DNA of 28,110 nt, taken from NCBI GenBank assembly GCA_029258835.1, contig JAPDJY010000017.1:1-28110 (forward strand), written 5' to 3'. Positions 17,801-25,996 of the stretch are shown here, piece after piece (the stretch's first letter is position 1; each line of letters opens with the position of its first letter). Made by a program: the position numbers and the translations under genes. Under the pieces are notes generated by a model that searched no databases, was not told the DNA's origin, and saw nothing but the letters and a program-made list of their open reading frames with translations. The stretch is from Thermoproteota archaeon. Lineage in GTDB: Archaea > Asgardarchaeota > Jordiarchaeia > Jordiarchaeales > Freyrarchaeaceae.

Positions 17801-19368
17801 AGCAGAGAACGGTTAAAGCAACCATAGCACTTGCAGTACTTCTCACAATGGTCATCACGCTGCTTCCCAGCATGCACCATCAACCTTTCCTCCAAGCAAG
17901 CCCTGAGCTGTCTAAGTTGATGAAGCTCACCGAAGACGCTTCCTTCTTCTCAGCGCCAAACGTGCTGTTCGTTGAAGGAGGGAGGCTAACAGGTGAGCAG
18001 ATGGAAATCGTCGTCCTCTCCCAGTCATCAGCAGGAAGCTACAACGTAACAGTTTTTAAAGCAGGGCGGCTAACATGGCAGGAAACTATCAGCTCACCAT
18101 CCCAATGCGACCTGTTCACGCTAGGGGACATAGATGGAGATGGCTTAAGTGAGATAGTACTCCACTTCCCCGGCAAGTTGCTGGCCTACGACGGAGACGG
18201 CACACTAATCGGAAGCTACGCAACACTCCAAAACTCGACAGCCACCATCGCCGACTGGTACAGCGGCGGAAGCCAGGAAATCCTGGTGGCAACACCACTG
18301 TTCAATGGAACACACTTAACATTCAACTTAACGGTCATCTCAAACAACGGGGTGGATGACGGAAACTACACCCTACAATCTAACTTCCCCCCAGCACCTC
18401 CACTTGAACTGGTTGCAGGTGACTTCTACCCCTCATCCCCCGGGCTCGAAGCCCTGGTGGTCTCGCAAACCACAGTGTACTCTCTCAAGGCTACCCTCTG
18501 GGAGGAAGCCAAGGTTAGCTCAGCGACAGCAGATTCAACCATCCTCCCATTCACAATGTACTCGTTTAATCCAACCGGCGGCTACCTGGTGTTCTACTCA
18601 GACCCGTCAAACCTCAGCGTCGGCGTCTTCCACGGCGGCGAAGTCAAATGGGTAAAGTACACGAACCTAACGGTTTCCACGTTTGGGGTAGCCGACGTAA
18701 ACTTGGACTCCGCCGCCGAATTCTTCTACCATTACGCTTACTTTAACGAAACCAGCTTCAAGTACATCCAGTTCTACACGATGATAGACGTTTCCACAGG
18801 TAAAACATCAGGATCCGAGCAGTCCTACGCCCCCCTCCCCATCACCATAAACTCGGAGCATAAGCTCCTAGCAGCGTCATTCCCGTCCTACTTCGGCGCG
18901 GAAACCTACGCCACCCTTTCAACAGTAACCATAAGCTATAATCCATCCTCAATAAGCTCGGAGAAAAAAATGACGCTTTGGCACCCTCAATCCTACGGTA
19001 TAGTAGCCGTAATGGGTAAAGGCATGAGCGTAGAGTGCGGCATAAGCCTGGAAGCAAACTTCACACCAGCACTCACACCCTACTGCGAAGACTACGACCT
19101 AGACGGAAAACCAGAGTTCATAGCTTTTAAAACCGGAGAGAAAACATCGCTCTACCTCTTTGAACTCTCACCAGCCCCGGTACCAACAATAGCAACGATG
19201 CTCACACTCCTAAACTACCTAGCCCACCTAGCAGAGGCCGAAGGAACACCACACCTCTATCTCTCAGCAACCACAACCACGCTAACAATCACATTAACGG
19301 CAACATACCACGCCATTAAAAGGCAGAAAGCCCTTACCATAAGGCAAAGACTAAAAGCAAACAGGTAA
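17797..19368 (+). CDS. Secreted/surface FG-GAP (VCBS-like) repeat glycoprotein
   Basis: Signal peptide MKQRTVKATIALAVLL. Repeats LGDIDGDGLSEIV, IADWYSGGSQEILV, AGDFYPSSPGLEALV, VADVNLDSAAEFF, EDYDLDGKPEFI. Many N-x-S/T sequons and a basic C-terminal tail. ATGA overlap with the permease. Confidence 0.8.
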   Translation: MKQRTVKATIALAVLLTMVITLLPSMHHQPFLQASPELSKLMKLTEDASFFSAPNVLFVEGGRLTGEQMEIVVLSQSSAGSYNVTVFKAGRLTWQETISSPSQCDLFTLGDIDGDGLSEIVLHFPGKLLAYDGDGTLIGSYATLQNSTATIADWYSGGSQEILVATPLFNGTHLTFNLTVISNNGVDDGNYTLQSNFPPAPPLELVAGDFYPSSPGLEALVVSQTTVYSLKATLWEEAKVSSATADSTILPFTMYSFNPTGGYLVFYSDPSNLSVGVFHGGEVKWVKYTNLTVSTFGVADVNLDSAAEFFYHYAYFNETSFKYIQFYTMIDVSTGKTSGSEQSYAPLPITINSEHKLLAASFPSYFGAETYATLSTVTISYNPSSISSEKKMTLWHPQSYGIVAVMGKGMSVECGISLEANFTPALTPYCEDYDLDGKPEFIAFKTGEKTSLYLFELSPAPVPTIATMLTLLNYLAHLAEAEGTPHLYLSATTTTLTITLTATYHAIKRQKALTIRQRLKANR

Positions 19369-19738
19369 GAAATAGCTAAAGATTCAACCATTAAACTTAG
19401 ACAGTTACAAAAATGAAAACTCCTTTTTATAACATGCTGAAGAATGATTAACCTTCGGTTCCACGGCTTCGAACATGCTCACCCTTGCCAGGAAAACCTA
19501 AACTCTAAAAGGAAGCACCCTTCTCTTGCCATAACAGTAGTTGAGTTAACGGATAAAGTTATCTAGAACGATTATAAAATACCAGCAATTCATACCTGTT
19601 TTTCAACGTTTAAATGTAAAATACACCTTTAACATCGACGATGCTCGAAGAAACATCAAGAAAACACCAAAAAATATATAAAATATAAAAAAGCCGACCT
19701 TCACAGAATTCATAAACCCAACAAGGGAGGAGAATGAC

Positions 19739-20317
19739 TTGAAGGGGAGGCGGCTCGCAGCGCTATTCTTCCTAGCCGTAATCCTGGCAGTACCGCTAGC
19801 ACTTGGCGGATCCCAAGCAATGGTTGCAGCATTCACGAAAGGAGACGGACACAACAATCTAGACCTAAGCCTCCTACAAGTAGGAGACATAATACTAACC
19901 AGAGGAAGCATCTTCGACTACATCGTACCAGGATACTGGACACATGCAATGATCTACATTGGAAACGGGTGGACTGTCGAGGCAACATGGCCTACCGTGA
20001 AGTACACCCCAGCCGAGGAAATACACAACAACGATGAAGCGTGCATCATAAGGGTTGCAACGTCAACCTCCGTCAAGTATGCTGCCGTAGCGTTCGCATG
20101 CGCCCAAGTAGGCAAACCATACGACCTAGTATGGGTCACAAAGCAAGTTTACGGGTCAAGCTACTACTGCAGCGAACTAGCATGGGCTGCATACTTGGCT
20201 GCCGGTGGACCAGACATAGACGCCAACCCAGGATGGTCGTGGACGTATGCTTACGGCGTCGCCCCAACAGAGCTCTTCGAGGACGGCGACACCTACCTGG
20301 TCGCATGGGCAAATTAA
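19739..20317 (+). CDS. Secreted permuted papain-like NlpC/P60 enzyme (YiiX/YebB-like)
   Basis: Signal peptide; GDIILT, WTHAMIYIG (His first), VEA, QVGKPYD, YYCSELAWAAY (Cys last). TTG start after GGGAGGAG. Confidence 0.88.
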   Translation: MKGRRLAALFFLAVILAVPLALGGSQAMVAAFTKGDGHNNLDLSLLQVGDIILTRGSIFDYIVPGYWTHAMIYIGNGWTVEATWPTVKYTPAEEIHNNDEACIIRVATSTSVKYAAVAFACAQVGKPYDLVWVTKQVYGSSYYCSELAWAAYLAAGGPDIDANPGWSWTYAYGVAPTELFEDGDTYLVAWAN

Positions 20318-20328
20318 CCCGCTGGTTT

Positions 20329-20351
20329 CCTCCCTTCTTTTTCTAATTTTT
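20329..20351 (+). terminator. Pyrimidine/oligo-T tract, likely archaeal terminator
   Basis: CCTCCCTTCTTTTTCTAATTTTT shortly after the NlpC/P60 stop. Confidence 0.4.
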
Positions 20352-20466
20352 CTGGAGTTAAGGGTTCTTCTTTCTAGCTTCTGTTCCCGCCGGCTTCAGC
20401 TTTTCGACAGGTTTTTAAGGGAGGTTTTTCCGATAGGTGCTGATGCTGCTATGGGAGGTTGATTTT

Positions 20467-21195
20467 ATGGAGAAGAAGTATGGGAAGCCTAGCGAGAACA
20501 GGTGTTCTAACATTCATGACGTGATAAGGCTTAGAAGGTCCATAAGGCGCTACACGGGCGAGAGGATACCCGACGAGGACTTGGAGAAGATTCTGGACGC
20601 TGCAAGGTACACCCCCTCCCCTGAGAACATGCAGATGTACCGTTTCGTCGTGGTAAGGGATGACCAGGAGACGAAGGACCTGATAGCTGACTTGGCGAAG
20701 GAGGCTGCAAAGGAGACCTTCGGTACGTTCCCAGCCGAGTTAACCCAGGGAAGGATATGGTACGTTCCACCCGAAAGAAGGCCTTGGACGTTCACCGAGA
20801 TGAGGGATGGAAGCCTTTTCGACTACCCGCGCTACGCCGACGTGGTGATCGTGGCCTGCGCGTCCGAGTCGTTCCACGATGCACCAACCATATACCCCCT
20901 CAAGTTTTTCGGTGCAATATGCGTTGGCATGGCGATAATAAGCATGTGGATGATGGCTACAGCTCTAGGGTACGGGGCAGGATACCAGGCGTTCCCGATA
21001 ATGGATCCAAGAAGGGAGGAGATCATCGCCGACAGGCTTGGAATACCTAGATCATGGCATATCTTGGCGACTCTGAGCATAGGGGTGAGAGCTGAGGAGA
21101 GGATGATAGGGCCCTCCCGCATACCCCTTGAGGGGCTCTTCTATAAGGAGAGATGGGGGAACCCCTACATTAGAAAGGCGTTCTTGGAGGAGTAG
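20467..21195 (+). CDS. Nitroreductase-superfamily flavoprotein with a central insertion
   Basis: IRLRRSIRRY, KILDAARYTPSPENMQMYRFVVV, MWMMATALGYG, LGIP, SIG, R.PLE. ATG at 20467 after GGGAGG. Confidence 0.9.
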   Translation: MEKKYGKPSENRCSNIHDVIRLRRSIRRYTGERIPDEDLEKILDAARYTPSPENMQMYRFVVVRDDQETKDLIADLAKEAAKETFGTFPAELTQGRIWYVPPERRPWTFTEMRDGSLFDYPRYADVVIVACASESFHDAPTIYPLKFFGAICVGMAIISMWMMATALGYGAGYQAFPIMDPRREEIIADRLGIPRSWHILATLSIGVRAEERMIGPSRIPLEGLFYKERWGNPYIRKAFLEE

Positions 21196-21197
21196 GA

Positions 21198-21446
21198 ATG
21201 GTTGAGGTTAGGTTGGAGCTGGACGACGACGTTGTGGAAACCCTGAAAACCCAGGCTGAATGGTGCGACCTCCCACTGGAGGCGGTGTGCAAGCTCATCC
21301 TCTCAGAGTACGCCCGGAACAGGGGAGGATACCTCTTCTACGGTTCAGCCCCGGGAAACAGGAAGATAATCCTCATTCAGTGGCCCTACATAACCGGGCA
21401 GGTAATCCTCACAGAGGACGAGCTAAAAGCCCTAGGTGGGAAGTGA
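21198..21446 (+). CDS. Small protein with an N-terminal ribbon-helix-helix-like domain
   Basis: VEVRLEL (strand) - DDDVVETLKTQAEW (helix) - DLP - LEAVCKLILSEYA (helix). SD GGAGG; starts 2 nt after the nitroreductase stop. Confidence 0.65.
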   Translation: MVEVRLELDDDVVETLKTQAEWCDLPLEAVCKLILSEYARNRGGYLFYGSAPGNRKIILIQWPYITGQVILTEDELKALGGK

Positions 21447-21460
21447 AGGAGGTGTAAGCC

Positions 21461-21751
21461 TTGTCGAAGAAGTATAAGGGCTACGCTCCCGGATCCGAGT
21501 ACATAAGGTATCCAACCCTAGAGCTTGAAGACATAGAGTACGAGTACTTCAGGGAGGAGTGCAGGTACCTTGGCCTGTCCCTAGTGGAGAACAAGAAAGG
21601 GCGAATAGTTGTAAGGTGGGAGTACCCCTTCTACAAGAGGTTCCTAGACGCGGTCGAGAAGGTTTACGGGGACATATCGGCGAGCCACGTGGAGGACGCC
21701 GTGAGGAAGGCGGCGGAGGAATGGGTTAAAAAGGTGGAGGAAGGAGGATGA
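21461..21751 (+). CDS. Small protein with a C-terminal RHH-like domain
   Basis: IVVRW-EYPFYKRFLDAVEKVYG-...-HVEDAVRKAAEEWV resembles archaeal CopG-like RHH proteins. SD GGAGGTG and TTG start. Confidence 0.6.
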   Translation: MSKKYKGYAPGSEYIRYPTLELEDIEYEYFREECRYLGLSLVENKKGRIVVRWEYPFYKRFLDAVEKVYGDISASHVEDAVRKAAEEWVKKVEEGG

Positions 21752-22110
21752 GCGAGCTCAAATCCTTCCTTGAGGAGTTAGCTCAGAAGATCAACGAGAA
21801 GGCGATGAAGCTCGTTGAGGAGTGGGTGGGCGACAGGTACTACGGGAAAATCGTCGAGTTCGAGGTTGGAGACCTTAACGGGTTCACGGAAGCATACCAC
21901 TTCGTCTTCACGAAGAAAGGGGTTAGGTTCAGGGAAGGCGAGTACCCTAGCCCGGATCTCATATACAGGTCTGACGCGAAGATACTGAGGGACGTCCTGA
22001 CAGGGGCGGTAAGGGAGAGGGATGTCAGGAAGGCTTGGAAGCTCATAGTAATGGGAGACGCGCACGAGGCAGTCCCCTTCTTCCGAGTCGTCGCAGCGGC
22101 GTTAAGTTAA
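21748..22110 (+). CDS. SCP2 (sterol carrier protein 2)-like lipid-binding protein
   Basis: IVEFEV...AYHFVF...VRFREGEYPSPDLIYRSD...DVLTG...KLIVMGD follows the SCP2 consensus (EG...PD.....D.....L.G.......KL.V.GD). ATGA overlap with the previous gene. Confidence 0.72.
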   Translation: MSELKSFLEELAQKINEKAMKLVEEWVGDRYYGKIVEFEVGDLNGFTEAYHFVFTKKGVRFREGEYPSPDLIYRSDAKILRDVLTGAVRERDVRKAWKLIVMGDAHEAVPFFRVVAAALS

Positions 22111-22279
22111 AAAAGCTAAAGGTGAGAGGGGGCCGCTTACCCTCCAACTTGGAGCACCTATTTTTTGGTGACCCAGCTGGGTTGCAGGGAGCTTCTCCCT
22201 AAACCTTCCTTTTCTAAAACCATTTTGGCCCGTGAAATTAAGTGGGTGTACTTTCTGAGAAACTACCTTTAAACGGTTT

Positions 22280-23020
22280 ATGCTTCTGGCGTTCACGTGT
22301 CAGCGGGACTGACCCGGCAGCGACACCCGGCGTGTAGGAGCGCTGGTTGAGGGTGAGCTGACATAGTAGAGCTTGGAGTCCTCCTTCAGATCGATAGCTG
22401 ATGGGTCGACGATTCAAGCCGCCATTATGAGAGCTTTGAGAGCTGGGACGAAGCTGAAAAACCGTCTCAGGCTTGTTGAGGAGGCGAGGCAGGAGGCAAG
22501 GGTACCCATAATCCTTCTAAGCTAATATAACCCGATTTTTCAGACGGTTTTAAGGAGCTTCTTTGGGGAGGCGGAGGCTAGAGGGGGTGGATGGGATTTG
22601 GTGCCGGACTTGCCTGTAGAAGAAGCAGACGAATACGAGGAGTTTTCCGAAGCCTACGAAGTGGACACCGTCTCCCTTCAGCCTCCTCCACCTCAAACGA
22701 GAGGACGAGGAGAATTGTAGATTTCACGTCAGGGTTCCTGCACCTCGTATCGGTCTTCGGGTCGCTGGAATCCGGGATAGAGTGCAGAGGTTACTGTTAA
22801 ACCATAAAAAGGACTTACGGTTCACGTGGTCTCGTATCCCCTGGCGGTCAGCTTTGGCATCTCAAAGCCGGAACACGTAAAATATGTTTTAAGGGAGTGG
22901 GCTGACATCGCCGTTGTCGGGAGCCGCCTCGTAAAAAAGAGGGAAGCTTGGAAACGAGGAAGGGATGATCGCCGAGCTTCGCAGCAAAACACGCCAGTTC
23001 AAGGAAGCCACGAAAATAAG
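22280..23020 (+). pseudogene. trpA: Tryptophan synthase alpha subunit pseudogene
   Basis: Across several frames: ADIVELGV, IADGSTIQAAIMRAL, VPIILLS*YNPIF (TAA 22523-22525), VPDLPVEEA, STSNER, SGFLHLVSVFG, PLAVSFGISKPEHV, ADIAVVGS. Multiple frameshifts. Confidence 0.9.
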
Positions 23021-23265
23021 AAAAATAGGAATAAGGACGGTGAAACGTCACCACCATTTCAACTAGTCAACTAGTTATGGGGGAAGGATCAAAGATCCGC
23101 TCCAGATACACGTTAAAAAAAGGGCCCGGCTAAGCAGAGCCATGCACGGGAGGAGTGGTCATTAAGGTGGGTAGGCGCTTTCACAAGCACTCTAACCGCC
23201 CTCATAGAGAATAAATTTATTTCTATTTTTCCAAGAGGCTATCATGGACGACTGCTGGTGGTTTC

Positions 23266-23671
23266 ATGAGGAGAGCTGAGGACCTGTTGAAGGATGCCGA
23301 GGACTTCTTAGGCGCAGGTAAGGATCTCCTCGTAACCGGCCGGTGGGCTAAGGTCTGCTTTATGGCCCAGCAAGCCGCCGAGCTGGCAGCTAAAGCCGCA
23401 CTGAATGCTTTGGGAAGGGAGAGAAGAGGCTACTCCGTACACAGGCTACTAGAGGAGTTGTCAGGTTTGCTTCCCGGCGGCGAGGACGTCGCCGCTCTAG
23501 TCGAGGACGCTAAGATCTTAGACCAGTATTATATTCCGACGAGGTACACGAACACTTTCCCGGAAGGTTCAGCTAAGTCCCACTTCACCGGGAGGCAAGC
23601 TAAGGAGGGACGTTGAAACAGCTGAGAGGATACTTGGCAGAATGGAGGGAGGCGTCCATGGGCGTGGATGA
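23266..23671 (+). pseudogene. HEPN-domain protein with a frameshift near the C-terminus
   Basis: CFMAQQAAELAAKA, LDQYYIPTRY. After the G-run at 23607-23609 the expected last helix VETAERILGRM continues in another frame to TGA 23669-23671. Confidence 0.8.
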
Positions 23672-24063
23672 GGAAATTGAGAGGTTTTGCGTTGAGGCGG
23701 TTAGAAGAGGGGCAAGGTCCATCATACTTTTTGGCTCAAGGGAAGGGAGAACATACCGAGGAGAGCGACATTGACATATGCCTTGTAGCGAGCTACCTGC
23801 CAGACGACGTTTTTAAGAGGAGGCATCCTGCCCCGTCAGGATACAAGCTCGTCTCCGTTATGGGGTTTCACCCTGACGAGCTTCTCTCAATGCTCAGCAG
23901 AGGAAACCCGCTGATATTAGACATAGTCAAGTATGGGGTAGTGCTCCACGACGACGGCTTCTTCGAGAAAGCACGGGAAGTCTACCTTGAAACCGTTAAA
24001 AAGTATGGGCTTAAAAGGGACGGTAAAGGAGGACGTGGAGGAGGAACCATGAAACGAGAATGA
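23658..24063 (+). pseudogene. Minimal nucleotidyltransferase (MNT), frameshifted in the catalytic motif
   Basis: ATG 23658 gives MGVDEEIERFCVEAVRRGARSIILFGSR; the frame then shifts near 23742 to KGEHTEESDIDICLV...NPLILDIVKYGVVLHD. The GS-x10-DxD motif is split. Confidence 0.85.
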
Positions 24064-24257
24064 ATGGATCCGCAGGTTCTCCACATCCTTAACGATTAAT
24101 GATGAGTGAAGCCTGTAAAGGGGGGGACTTTAAGCTACGCCTTGAAGGCCGCGTCCGCCCCCGAGGAGCCCTCCCCTGTTAGCCGGCACGTGTAACGCAG
24201 ACGCCCACCACCAGCAAAAACATACACCGTTACATTGTAGGTTAAAGTTAGGGGGTA

Positions 24258-24449
24258 GTGGGGTTAGCGAAGCGCCGGGTCACCGTAATGCTGATCCTAG
24301 CAGCGGCTGCCGTGATGGTTGGCGTACCCTGTGGGCTCGACGTGGACCGCAACCCCGGCTGGCCCCAGGTAAACGACTGGGACGTCAGCCCAGCTGGAAT
24401 CTTCCTCGACTCCGACACGTACATGGTTTTTCAGTGTAAGCCACAGTAA
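24258..24449 (+). pseudogene. Internally deleted paralog of the permuted NlpC/P60 gene (signal peptide joined to C-terminal tail)
   Basis: GLDVDRNPGWPQVNDWDVSPAGIFLDSDTYMV aligns without gaps to GPDIDANPGWSWTYAYGVAPTELFEDGDTYLV (15 of 32 identical). The catalytic core is absent. Confidence 0.7.
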
Positions 24450-24771
24450 TTTAACGAGCCCCACAGCCGAGGACGCCGCGTAAGGGCGTACGCCCTCCTC
24501 AAGGCGTGCTGAACCGGTGGTACTGTACCCGTATGGAAGCAGCCTTTTCCACCGCCCTGTGAGGAACGGGCCCACACCTTTGAAACCCTAAATTTAACGG
24601 CGCCGCGGAAAAGCCTTCCCTACTTTTCACGGTTAAGACGCTGAGGGGACTTCAGCCCACGCACCCACTAGCCCTAGCCCGTGCGCAACTTTCAGGATAA
24701 CGCGTGTACACCTCTGCTACTAAGCGACGCGGGGGTGGACGCGGAAGCTTTATATGGAGGAGTCCAACAGG

Positions 24772-25638
24772 ATGTCACGTTTTTCATTGCCGTCGGAGGT
24801 GGCTCCGGTGAGACGCGAGGAAGGGTTCTTTGAGGGGTTTAGGGGAGTAAAGCTCTACTACCAGGCTTGGAGGCCTGACGGTGAGGGGAAAGCGGTAGTT
24901 ATAATAGTTCATGGACTCGTGGAGCACTCTGGAAGGTACATGAACGTGGTTGAAAGACTGGTTCCCAAGGGCTACATCGTCTATGCGTTTGACCACAGAG
25001 GGCACGGCCGGTCTGAGGGCGAGAGAGCCCACGTCGAATCATTCGACGAGTTCGTCGAAGACCTCAGATTGTTCTTCCAGTTTGTACGGGAGAGGGAAAA
25101 GGGGAAGAAGGTCTTCATGCTTGGCCACTCCATGGGGAGCCTAGTTACGATGGCCTACCTTTCAAGGTATCCTGAGGGGGTTTCAGGCTTCATCCTCTCG
25201 GGGACTGGAGCGCGCCCAGGCAAGGTTTCACCGGTTATACGTTTCCTGCTCACTTTGATAGCGAAGGTTGCCCCCAAAGCCAGGTTCGCCCTCCCCTGGG
25301 ATCCATCCTTCATAAGCAGGGACGAGGAGGTTGTTGAAGCCTACGTTAAAGACCCGTTGGTGTCGAAGAAAGCCTCTGCACGCCTGCTAGCTGAAATATA
25401 CTACAACACGTCGAAGATAGCCCGGGAGGCGGCGAAAATAAAAATACCCTGCCTCATCCAGGTTGGAGGGGCGGACGTGGCGTTTGACCCTGAAAGCAGA
25501 GAGGAACTCTACAGCATGCTCACCATGAAGGATAAAACCCTTAAAGTGTATGAAGGCTACCGACACGAGGTCTATAATGAGCTTGGAAAAGAAAAACCGT
25601 TGGAAGACTTGGAGGAATGGCTGGAGAAGCACGTCTAA
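24772..25638 (+). CDS. Alpha/beta hydrolase, lysophospholipase/monoacylglycerol lipase family
   Basis: VHGLVEHSGRY, DHRGHGRS, GHSMG (nucleophile Ser), GGAD (Asp), RHEVYNE (His), DPL. Start at 24772 or 24754. Confidence 0.92.
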   Translation: MSRFSLPSEVAPVRREEGFFEGFRGVKLYYQAWRPDGEGKAVVIIVHGLVEHSGRYMNVVERLVPKGYIVYAFDHRGHGRSEGERAHVESFDEFVEDLRLFFQFVREREKGKKVFMLGHSMGSLVTMAYLSRYPEGVSGFILSGTGARPGKVSPVIRFLLTLIAKVAPKARFALPWDPSFISRDEEVVEAYVKDPLVSKKASARLLAEIYYNTSKIAREAAKIKIPCLIQVGGADVAFDPESREELYSMLTMKDKTLKVYEGYRHEVYNELGKEKPLEDLEEWLEKHV

Positions 25639-25996
25639 ACGCGCCCGGCGAAGTAGCACAGCAAGCACCTCTGAAAGCTACTGGCGTTTAAGGCCCCCCA
25701 CAACACACGTGCACCTTTCACCCCAGTCAGATGGCTTAACGGCTTCATGTTAAAGAAAAACCCGGTTTAACAGCCCTCCAACATCACCCGTGGACCCATG
25801 GCGCCCTCCAGGAAGACGTGGCTTAGACTTAACCCCCGGGAGAGAAGCTAGTGCCGGGTGGAGATGCGAGACAGCCCCCTCTCAACCGGCTGTTAACGGA
25901 GTCGACAGGTTTTTATTGGCTGCAAGCATTATTTCCCATAGTAAACATTCACAGCTCTTCTTCTCTTCTTTTGAAGGGTTAAGAGGGGGGTGCAAG

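Noticed and set aside
22591-23074. 69-aa and 82-aa ORFs as independent genes
   Set aside because: They are fragments of the trpA pseudogene.
24064-24750. GC-rich intergenic DNA as tRNA, SRP or RNase P RNA
   Set aside because: No cloverleaf or T-loop GTTCRA motif, and no RNase P or SRP conserved motifs found by eye.
25790-25996. 69-aa N-terminal extension of GT4
   Set aside because: The GT4 fold starts at (M)KIAIV, and an SD-like G-run precedes TTG 25997.
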